Shown: positions 53,706 through 64,000 of the stretch, one piece after another
Numbering within the stretch: position 1 is the first letter of the stretch
How the letters are laid out: each line of letters opens with the position of its first letter
From: Lama glama
Taxonomy: Eukaryota
Reading direction: 5' to 3'
Assembly (NCBI GenBank): GCA_028534125.1
Contig: CM052817.1
Coordinates: forward strand, 84,446,001 to 84,510,000
DNA: 64,000 bases
Position numbers and translations under genes: made by a program
The notes under the pieces: generated by a model
What the model saw: only the letters and a program-made list of their open reading frames with translations
What the model was told of the DNA's origin: nothing
Databases searched by the model: none

Positions 53706-54231
53706 ATAGGAGAAGAATATACCACTCTAAAATATGCCTCTTTAGCGTAAGTATTATTTTAGGCTCATTATTTTTAAGAAATAGCAGACATAGGAAAAAC
53801 TCTGAAAACTGAGAAATTATCCTTTTGTAAATACTTTAACATTTATGAGAGAAAATTCCATTTATAAGTATATTTCCCTTTCTATACCAGAAAGAGAAAG
53901 AGGATTCTAACAATAGGGAAGGCAACAACTTAAATCTGCATAACAACCTTACCCTCATTTACTGTACTTTTCCTGGTAACTTCTCATAACTGCCTGCTCT
54001 TTCCCCACTAACATCTTCTTTTGTCTTTAGCTGAAGATGTTATTTAAGATTGTATCTTCAGCCAAGGAAAGAGTTTTTCTCAGGTTTCCTGGACCTCTCT
54101 AATGCACACAGAATGTATACATGTTACTAAACTTGTTTTTTCTCCTGTTCATCTGTCTTTTATGGGGGAGAGAGGGGAGGTTCAGGTAAGAGCCTAGGAG
54201 GGTAGAGGAAAATTATTTTTCTTCCCCTACA
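53706..54231 (+). mobile_element. MER34A-like solo LTR
   Basis: gaatataccactctaaaatatgcctcttt...acttaaatctgcataacaaccttac...ggtagaggaaaattatttttcttcccctaca. Confidence 0.8.
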
Positions 54232-54430
54232 AAGCCAAAGAGAGTGTATTACCTGGTAATAGTGCAATTTGGCTGGAATCAAGAATTAAAAAATAAAGCT
54301 CTCCATACATTATGAAGTTAAGAAATTTCTTTTCAATAACTCACTGGTCTCAGGAGGAATTACAAAGCAAATCTGAAAGTATTTTGAACTGAATGATAGT
54401 GAAAATGTAGTACCTCGGAACTTCTTAAAG

Positions 54431-55350
54431 AGGAAAAAACTTCTGCACAGCCAAGAAAACCATCAATAAAATGAAAAGACAGCCAACTGAAAATAATTGC
54501 AAATAATGTACTTGATAAGGGGCTAATATCCAAAATATACAAAAAACTCATACAACTCAGTAGCTAAAACAAACAATCTAATTAAAAAATGGACAGATTA
54601 TCTGAATAGACATTTTTCCAAAGACAACATGCAGATGGCCAACAGACACATGAAAAGATACTTAACATCATTAATTATCAGGAAAATGTAAATCAAAACC
54701 ACAATAAGATATCACCTTATTCCTGTTAGAATGGCTATTATCAAAAAAAAAAAGAAATAAAAAGTGTTGGTGAGGACATGGAAATGTATACTGTTGGTAG
54801 CAATGTAAACTGATGCAACTACTATGAAAAACAGTATGTAGGTCCTCAAAAAATTAAAAATAGAACCACCATGTGATCCAGCAATTCTACTTTTGAGTAC
54901 TTACCCAAAGAAAATGAAAACACTAACTTGAAAAGATATATGCAACCCCATGTTCACTGCAGCATTATTTACAACAGCCAAGATATGGAAACAACCTAAG
55001 GGTCCATTGTTGGATGAATGGATAAAGAAACTATGGTAAGTATACAATGGAATATTACTCAGCCATAAAAAATAATTTGCCACCTGTGACAATATGGATG
55101 GACCTCAAGAGCATTAGCTAAATGAAATAAGTAACAGAAAGATATATGATTTCTCTTACATGATTCCTCATGTAAAAAAAAAGAAAAAAGAAAAAAAGAG
55201 GAAAAAAAGAAAAGAAAGAAAGGGAGGGGAAGGGAAGAGAAGGAACGGGAAAGAGTAAAAGGAAGGAAAGGGAATGAAGGAACCAAGCTCATCAATTCAG
55301 AAAACAGATTGGTGGGGGTAAGAAGTGGAGGGTGGGAGCAGGGAGATGGA
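54431..55350 (+). mobile_element. L1 ORF2 3' region (older subfamily) with a purine-rich low-complexity expansion at ~55175-55280
   Basis: aaaaacttctgcacagccaagaaaaccatcaa...cagatggccaacagacacatgaaaaga...ccatgttcactgcagcattatttacaacagccaaga. Confidence 0.9.
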
Positions 55351-55399
55351 TGAACTGGATCTTTTTAAAAAATATAAACTTAGAATAAATTTTTTTTTT

Positions 55400-57900
55400 A
55401 AAGAAAAAAAGACATGAAACCTTCTTGAAAGCAATGAAAGAAAAACCAATTGAGATATATTCCTTGCTCATGATCAAAAGCCACAATATTATTAAGATGT
55501 CAATGCTTCTTTTTTTCTGGATATTTCTTTTTTTTAAATTTACATATATGTACTGTTCATTGTTTCTAAGAACAGTTCAGAGATTTAGCTTTTTAAACTT
55601 ACATAGTTATCAAAGGAATAAAGCCAACCACAAGATAAGAATAGAATCAATGCTTCTTAAAATGATTTACAGATCCAGTGCAAACCCAATAAAAAATCTC
55701 AGCAAGCCATTTTGTAGATATCAACAAACTTGTTTAAACACGGCATTGAGTAGTCTAGACAACACCGATGAAGAAGTTAATGAACTCACATTTTCCAATT
55801 TCAAGATTTACTATAAACCTAAAATAATCAAGAGAGAACAGAATGTTAAACAAATAGACGAATAACAGATAAATGGAACAGAATAGAGACTCTACTAATA
55901 GATCTATGCAAATACAGACAACTTGACCTTGGTCAAAGGAATAAAGGAACATCAACACAGAAAAGATCAACTTATAGTCTTTAGTCATCTTCAACAAATG
56001 ATGCTACAAACGGATGACCATAAGGAAATAAATAAAGACAAAAACTCTGCCCCTTAGACATCAGTTCACTCAAAATCATTCATTGTCTTAAATATATAAA
56101 AAAAAAAGACTACAAAAATGACAGTAGGTGATAATCTACGTGAGTTATAGTTTGATAATTAGTTTTCATACACAACACAAAAAGCACAATCCAGGAAAGA
56201 AAAACATTGATAACATGCACTTTATTAAATTTAAAATGTCCACTCTGTGAAAGACAATGTTCAAAGAATGGTAAGACAAACCCCTAACTAGGAGAATATG
56301 CCTTCAAAACACATAAATGAAGAAAGATTTGCATGCAAAATACTCAAAGAACTAGAAAATCTCCACAATAAGAAAACAAACCCAAATTAAAACAAATAGG
56401 TCAACATTAGTATTACCTTACTGAATATTATACATAAATGTGAACTAAGTATGTATAAATTGATCAACATTGGGGAATTACTGGAAAATGATATGCATTG
56501 TGCATTATGGAAAAGTAAATTGAAATACCAGTGAGATACCCTACCCAAAAAATAAAAATAAATAATAAAATGAAATATGGCGGAAATGTAATGAGAATAG
56601 CTAATACATTTGCAAAAGAAGAACAGAGGGGAAGACTTGTTCAACAAGATACCAAGATTTATTTTAAAGCTATAGTCATTTAGATTGGGTGATAGTCATA
56701 TAAGGATGAACAAAACTGACCATTGAAGAGAATCCAGAATCCAGGAAAATACATATATATATTGTGATCAAAGGGGCACTCCAGAGCTGTGAGAGGGGAA
56801 GGACTTTTTGTAAGTGGTTCTGGGTCAACTGGATATCCTCAAGGAAAAGAACAAAACATCATCCATAAAAATCAATTCTATGTGAATTGGCAATCTAACT
56901 GTGGATGCCAAAACAATACATTCTAGATGAGAACAGAGAGTATCTTTATAGCCTTACAGGAGAAAAAGGTATTTTTAAATCAAAACACAAAAAAGCACTA
57001 ACCATAAAAGAAAAAATGATAAACTGGACCACATTAAAATTAAGAACTTCTGATCATCAAAAAAGAGACTGTTAAGAGAGTAAAAATGATAGCTACAAAC
57101 ATGGAGAAGATATTTCTAACACATATAACTGACAAAGGGCTTATTTCTAGAATATACAAAGAACATTTATCAATTAGAAGGCAGACACTCCTAAAAGCAA
57201 GACTTGAATGAGTACTTCACAAAAAGTTTACTCAGGTGGTCAATAAACATAGAAAAGCTGCTCAACTTCAGATATCAGGAAAATACAAACTAAAATTATA
57301 ATAAAGAGCTAAGATTAAAAAACAAGTGTTGTTGACAACATGGAATAAAGAAAGCTCCCATACACTGCTAGTCAGAGTGTAAATTAGTACAACTTTAAGA
57401 TTAAACAAATACATAATTCCTCGGAATATATCCAACCAAAATGTGGGCACTTGAGCTCTAAAGGACATGACAAAATATACTGATAAAAACACTATTTTCA
57501 ATGGCCCCCCAAACTGGAAACAACTGAAAATATCAAAAGAAAAATGGATAAAAGTGATAAATTTATAAACTGATTATTCTACAGCAATGAAAATGAGCAT
57601 ATTACATCTACCAGCAAGAATATGAATAAATCTCAAAAACGTAATACTGAATGAAAGAAGCCAAACATGGAAGGATACACAATTTATGATTCTGTTTATG
57701 ATTCCATTTATATAAACTTCAAACAGAGGCAAAACTAAATCACAGGGTAAAATTAAAAATACTGGTTATCTTTGATTATCTTTGGAGATGGGGGAGAGGT
57801 TATGATTACAAGAGGGATTCTAAGGTCTTAGCAACATTTTATTTTTTGATCTGGGTTGTGGTTAAGAGTTTTGAGATTTGTAACAATTCTATTAGTTTTA
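55400..57900 (+). mobile_element. Cluster of ancient L1 ORF2/3' fragments
   Basis: Degenerate motifs (ttcaagatttactataaa, aaatggaacagaatagaga, cattaaaattaagaacttctg, tgattccatttatataaa); boundaries approximate. Confidence 0.7.
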
Positions 57901-60900
57901 TATTTGTTTTCTCTATTTTTCCGCATATGTTATACATAAGCAAATATACATATATATGCACATATACATTAAGTATATATATCAATAAACAAACATATAT
58001 CACGTACAGATAGTGAACATATTCTACATTGTTACCTTCAGATAATAGTTTCTTCCTTGAAAGCACACATAATTTAGTGGAGAAATATGACAGATACACG
58101 TGAGTCTGATAAAGGAATAAGTAATTATAAAGTATAAATAATTTAAATAATTTTTAACTTTTTATTGAGTTTAAAAGGAATTATCCTTTTTTCTTATCCT
58201 CAGAACTTTTAAGAAAGTTGCTCGACACAGCTCTAAAATTAGGATCTAGTTTCTGCTTATTACTCTTCATTCTCAAAAGGAGGCTGGAGATATGGTCAGG
58301 GATATAATAATTCCAATACAAACTACTACTTTTTTTTCTCATAAATTTTTCAAATAAGAAGAAATACTAAATCTGAGTTCTCAGTAATTAAACAAGGTTA
58401 AGAAGTCAATTGTGCATTAATGAAGAAAACAAAATCTTCATATACTGACTTTAATCGGGAGTTTTACTGTAATTTAAATCTAGTATTTCCTTTATTCAAC
58501 AAGCACTTATCTCATTGTTTAATTTGCATTTTCTGAATTACTGATGAGATTGACACCTTTTCATATTTTCAGTAGCTCTCCAGGTTTTATTTTTTTGTAA
58601 ATGGCCTGGTCATATTTTTTAACCATTTTTCTATTAGTATGAATATGTTTTTGTTCGTGAAAGATCTCTTTAAATTCTGGATGGTAATCAACTCTTGGTC
58701 ATGTTTATTGTAAATATATTCTCCCTTTCTGTGGATGGGCTAGTCATTATATTGATGATGTTGTGATATCCAAGTTTTTATTTCTAGTGTAATCTATTCA
58801 TAGATATTTTCCTTTCAGTCAAAAATGTTTGTTGAAGAAATCTTCTATCCTGAGATCATAGACACCCTCTTAAATTTTTTTCTGAAAGTTTAAGAGAATT
58901 TATTCCTTCAATCAACCTGGAGATGATTTTTCATATGGCATGAGAAAGATGTCAGAAAGATGTCTTTATTATTTTTACTTTCTCATTTGGAGAGCCAATT
59001 ATCCTAGCATCATTTGCTGAACAGTCTAGATTTGTGTTGTTTGTTCTTTCAGATGTTCGTGGATACGTGTGTCTGTTTCTGTGCTAACTGATCTATATAT
59101 TTAACTGCCAATATAATATTGATTTAAAAATTGTATGTTTATAATAAGTCTTGATAGTAAAATAAAATTTCCCATCTTGATGTTCTTTAAAACCCTTTTT
59201 GCTCTATTCTTAGCTCTTCCACATAGATTTTAGAACCATGTTGTCAAAACTAGGTTTGGCATTGCATTCAATCTACTCATTAATTTATGAGATAAGTGAC
59301 ACATTTATGTTTACTATATTGAGCACTCAAATTCATAAATTTGATGTTTCTCCATTAATATAGGCCTTCTCTTATGTATTTAATTTTCTAATAATTTTAT
59401 AACTACCCTTTCATTGCTAGGATGAACCCAATATGAAGATGACTGTATATTTATATAGGTATCTATACACAATTTATATTCATTGCTAGATTCAACTTAT
59501 TAATATTTTATTTAAGATTTTAGTTTCTATGTGCATAAGTGAAAGAGGCTTGTAAGTTTCCTTTCATGCAAGTGTCTTTGCCAGGTAGTAGTTAAGAACA
59601 GACACTGGAACTCGACTGCCTGGGTTCAAGTCCCAGCTCAGTTACTTACTAGCTATGAATTAACCTTGAATTTGTGGTGGTACTTATCTAGGAGGTTTTT
59701 ATCTATGGTTATTAATAGTTGGGTATGAGAACTGAAAGGCAACTAGGGATAAGGTGTTACTGGACATGTGCTACAGAAAAGCAGGGGCATAGTCATACTA
59801 CTAACAAGAAAGCAGATGGACCAATGGGCAACTGTTACAGCCTGTGTAAGAAAGTAGTAAAACACAAGCTGGGAAAGAGTTAAGGAAATGGTAGAAAATG
59901 AAGGGTTCAACAAATAGAGGTCTTGATGAAGTCAAAGAACAGTTACAGTAGGAGTAAGATATTTGTGTTTCAAAAGGTGGGCTATTTGAATAGGATTTTC
60001 ATGCTCAAGATAAAGTTAACAAGAACCACTTTCCCACCTGACACAACCAAAAAACAAACAATTGAAACAATGGTTTGCAAGACAGGAGACATCAGACAAT
60101 GATAATGACAGACACAAAACAAATAAGATGAGCCCTAAGGATCACCCCAGCTTAATGACCTGAGAGACACTTCAGGCCGTAGAACAGAGGGGGAAAATGC
60201 AGCAGAGATCAGCAGACTCTCTGAGTTTAGGAGACGAAGTTGAGACTCAGTGGAAAACAATTAAACTAGAATTGGCAGGCCAAAGAATTAGAGAGAAAGC
60301 TGCACAGAGATAGAACTCCATATATATACCACCTGTAAAGGGTCTTTCATGCACAATGGAGTACTGAATAACCCTCTATTAAAGAAGTTGAATCTGTAGT
60401 TTAAAATCTTCCTACAAAGGGAACCAATTGGCTTCACCGGTAAATTCTACCAATCATTTAAGGAAGAAATAATACCAATTCTACACAAATGTATCCCAGA
60501 AAACTGAAGAGGGCAAAATATTTTCCATGAAGCCAACATTACCTGATACCAAAACCAGACAAAGACATAAGAAAAAAAAATTTAATGTAAAATCTAAAAC
60601 TACAAAACTTGTAGAAAAGTGCACAGAAGTAAATCTTTACAGCCCTGGGTAAGGTAAAAATTTCTTATATATGGCACATTCATTAAAGAATAAATCGATG
60701 AATTGAACTTCATTAAAATTAAAAACTTCTATTCTGTAAAAGACACTTAAGAGAATAAAAAGGAAAAAAAAAAAGAGTCCATCCCCAATGCTCATAATCC
60801 CCACTACAAGAATGAATCCTTCATTCCTTAGCTTGGTATACAGGTCTTCGAACAGGTCCCTAAGGACTATCAGATCTCCCTTCCCAGATGGAGATGGAAG

Positions 60901-61529
60901 AATGGTGTCCTGCAAATGCTAGAACAAACGAAAAGAGGCTCAAAAAGCAATAGAAGTCAACGCAGAGAATACATAGGTAGGTGGGAGAAAGGCAAGCGAT
61001 CTATATTTACCTGAGCTGGTGTTTAGCAGGTCAATTAATGTGGAGGTCATCCACTAGCTGTAACTGGCATGTGAGATCCAGTTAAAGGAAAAAGGGGGAG
61101 GTTCACAGACATCCAAAACTCATTATCATCTCTTCATGAAAATTTTACCATTCTGTACTCCAATTTCCTGAATAAGCAGTTATTTTAAACCTCCAAGCCT
61201 TTGTTTCTTCTGCTCCCTCCGTGTAAGGACTCCCTTCTTCCACTCATTTGTCTTCTGGTGAACTACCACTCATTTTTCAAAAAATAATTTACAATGCTTC
61301 TACCATTCTCTCTGGTATTTGGATTTCAGTTTTAAGAATTCTGGCTGATGCATTCCTCTGAAACACAGTTTTTACTCCCCACCCCAACCAAACTCCTCAT
61401 CACCAATTCTCCCACACCATGCAGATGGTGGCCAACTAATCCTCTTTATCGGAAAAGGGATATTTCCACTTCAAACCTAAGAAACCTAAGAAATAATCCT
61501 AATGTTATCAATATAGGGTCATTAATGAT

Positions 61530-61790
61530 TTTAGATAATATACACTGTGCACTTAATACGTGCTAGGTACCATCCTAAGTGCTTTATTTGCATCATCTTA
61601 TTTAATCCTCACAATAAACCCTTAAGGGTTGTTGTGCTATTATACCCATTTTACAAATGAGAAAATAGACATGGAGAAGCAGCTAAGTAACTTGCCCAAG
61701 GTCAAAGACCTGGAAAGAGACACAGTTAAAATATGAGCCCAGGCTGACTGAATCCAGAGGTTAAGTTCTTAACCACTGGTCTATAATGCT
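61530..61790 (-). mobile_element. MIR SINE (one of several; others near 2410, 11990, 12500, 14030, 38100, 59590, 62350)
   Basis: catcttatttaatcctcacaa...cccattttacaaatgagaaaatagac...taagtaacttgcccaaggtca core. Confidence 0.85.
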
Positions 61791-62946
61791 TCCAAAATGG
61801 AACTTACTACTTTTTTCCTACTCTCCCTGTTCCTCAAGCAAGCCAAAAACCTGAGGTGTCCTCTACCTCTTTCTTCAAAATCCCTCATCTCCAGTTTCTC
61901 TGTACCTACCTTAGTTTACTTCTTACCTGGATAATGACAACAGTCACCTAACTGCACTCTGCTATAATGCATGTTCCTCATAAAAACCAGCTGGGCTTTT
62001 CAAATAAATCACAATCTGATCAAGTTACCCAACTGAATTCCTTTCAGTGATTCCTAAAATCTGTGCAAAGGTCCAAACTCCTTAACACACAGCAGAGGAG
62101 GCCCTTCACCATCTAGCCGAATTCTTCCCTTTCAGCTCCACATGCCAGTTTCCTATATACACCATATTCCATTCAAGCCAACGTGCTTTCAAATTTTTTA
62201 CAAAGCACATTCCTAATCCCTTCAGTGTTGCAAATAGTGTTCTATTTGCTTACACAGTTCTTTACCTAGTAAATTCATATTAGTATTTCAAGTTTCAGCA
62301 CAAATGGCACCTTCCTTGACCACAGTAAATTATAACCCTGTAATTGTTAATATTTGTTTAGCACTATGTGTCGGACACTATCATAAATCCTTTATATATT
62401 GTAACACTCATTTAATCATTCCAACAACCCTGTGAGGAAACTGAGGCAAAAAAAGTTAGTCGTTGCTACCACTTCAGCATATATATGGAATTTACAGATT
62501 TTCCTCCTCAAATTAAATTCTTGGAGGGTAGAACAGTCCTCCTTACCCGTGTAGTATCTATGCTTGTATAGCGCTTGGCACGTAACAGAAATAGGAGGCG
62601 CTCAATAAACAATCTTTGAATAAATGGCCAGAGCTGTGCTTCTAGGTTCTAACTGCAGCTGGAAACTATTCTGGCCATTAGCCCTCTAATTTCTCCAGAG
62701 CATGCGAGGAGCATAACAAACATGCCTGTAACAGAGTCCCATATAAGCGTAAGGAACCTGGAAGTATTTACCAAACGGTTTTAAAGTGTATACACATCCT
62801 CATATATACCACCAAGCTTTTTCTGCAGCTTTTTAAAGTTTTTGCAAATTTCTAGGCACCAAACAGGCACTCAGAAAATATTAGTTAACAATGACGGTAT
62901 TAAACGTTACATTTAAGAATTCTCAATCAAGGAATACAGAGCTTAC

Positions 62947-62980
62947 TTTGTTCTCGCGGGAAGTCGATTTCTGTGTCTAT
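62947..62980 (-). CDS. SCLT1: SCLT1 exon 1, segment homologous to the human coding start (34 nt); start codon reads ATA, so it may be untranslated here
   Basis: Minus strand reads ATA GAC ACA GAA ATC GAC TTC CCG CGA GAA CAA A|gtaagc = IDTEIDFPREQ versus recalled human MAAEIDFLREQ. The donor is strong and phase 1 fits exon 2. Confidence 0.75.
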
Positions 62981-63039
62981 TTGGAAACAATTTTAGTTGG
63001 GAGCATTCACCACCTTTTCTCAAAAAGACACAAAGCTCG

Positions 63040-63660
63040 CTGTGCGGGAAAACAAAAGTAACGAAACGCTTCGGAGGTTGTTTGGCACTGGAGCGGTGTA
63101 ATTAGCATCCTACTCACGCGGCGTCAATAGCCCCGCGGCGTCTCCTTCCCCAGAGTCCCAGCCGAACCCCTCGCTCAAAAGACACTACAAATTTCTGGTT
63201 TGCTGGGGACCCGCCACGTGAATTCTGTTCCACGTCCACTCGAATCTCAGCCAGGTGGGACCAGGGACGCGAGTGGATATATGCGTCCCGCGGGTCACTC
63301 GGGGTCGTGTAGGGCCACTCAGGAGAGCGCCGAGGAAGCCGGCGGGCAGCCCGGTGGCGGCGTCCTTGGCAGAACGACGAGCGACTTCAGGACGGCCGGG
63401 AAGCCCGACGCCAGCAGCGGAAGTCCACTCGGCCCGCCCTGCGACTTTGAAACCGGTGCCCCAGACCGCTCCTTGGAGACAGTGACGCCGCCTGCGTCAT
63501 CACGCTGGCGTCAGCGCTTGCGTCGCCGCGCTTCCCGGAGTTCTCTCACACTATTGGCTACCTGCAAAGCGAGGGGCGGAGCTGTGGGAACCTGGATGAC
63601 AGCTTGTTTAGCCACCTGTGTGGTAGCCGGCAAGCTGGGGCGGGGGTAGAGGGGGAGGTA
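63040..63660. promoter_or_regulatory. CpG island promoter of SCLT1, probably bidirectional (C4orf33 is head-to-head in human)
   Basis: Sharp rise in GC and CpG. CRE half-sites TGACG/CGTCA at 63483, 63495 and 63509; ATTGG (CCAAT on minus) at 63553; GC boxes at 63573 and 63637. Bidirectionality is inferred from recalled synteny only. Confidence 0.85.
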
Positions 63661-64000
63661 ATTTTTTTCCCTTTTATTCCTTTTTTTTTTTTTAAAGAAG
63701 CCCTCCCAAATGTAAACATAGGTAGGGCATTAAATACATACTTTAAATTCCCCAGTATCTTTGTTACCTAGCATTTCAGACTGAGAGAACCCGCTGGCCA
63801 AAGCGGGTGGGTGGAAAGCATGCAGCTTTCTGCGTCTGGGGTTGGAACCCAGACTGGCGTCTTCAGAGTCTACATCCAAGGCTGTCCCTCTGGAGGATTT
63901 CTGGGTATGAATTTAGTTATCTCCTTATCCCGAGTCCCAGTCGAGTCCCTCGCTCAGGGTAGACACTTCAGATTTCGGGTTTGCTGGGGACCCGCGAAGT

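Larger units (their letters stand above)
1..63500 (-). other. SCLT1: SCLT1 transcription unit, 5' half (exons 1-11; continues beyond position 1; TSS approximate)
   Basis: Nine exons in correct order and phase translate to a peptide matching recalled human SCLT1 (e.g. FLAPLITEYDKHL, EKTQAVELWQTVSQEL, GREEASDRRLQQLQSS). A CpG island lies at the 5' end. Confidence 0.95.

Noticed and set aside
55425..55865. 146-aa ORF
   Set aside because: Degenerate L1 ORF2 relic (FKIYYK motif), not a host gene.
63200..63649. 149-aa plus-strand ORF as a protein gene
   Set aside because: Non-ATG start, GC-rich CpG-island sequence with few stops by composition, and no recognisable homology.
1..64000. Prokaryotic-type systems (CRISPR arrays, operons, defence or phage genes)
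   Set aside because: The window is spliced mammalian gene sequence with eutherian repeats; no repeat-spacer arrays or long ORFs are present.

Overview
Mammalian genomic DNA, AT-rich and repeat-dense. It is probably from a camelid, judged from two tRNA-derived SINEs resembling the camelid Vic-1 family. Almost the whole window is the 5' half of SCLT1 (sodium channel and clathrin linker 1, a centriolar distal-appendage protein) on the minus strand. Exons 1-4 and 7-11 were reconstructed by hand with canonical GT-AG sites and consistent phases. Exons 5-6 are absent and probably lie in a 500-N assembly gap (39405-39904), and exon 12 onward is outside the window. A CpG-island promoter lies at about 63.0-63.7 kb; in human it is shared head-to-head with C4orf33. 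The introns hold L1, L2, MIR, LTR and DNA-transposon relics. Most notable: (1) the codon matching the human start ATG reads ATA with an in-frame stop just upstream, implying an N-terminally shortened protein or a sequencing error; (2) an old U6 snRNA/L1 chimeric retrocopy with target-site duplication and a nested MER2 element; (3) a ~75-bp direct repeat bracketing the core promoter; (4) a candidate 78-nt 5'UTR mini-intron that would remove a uORF start. No prokaryotic features and no convincing new multi-gene system were seen. Repeat family names and comparisons to human SCLT1 come from memory, not from a database search.
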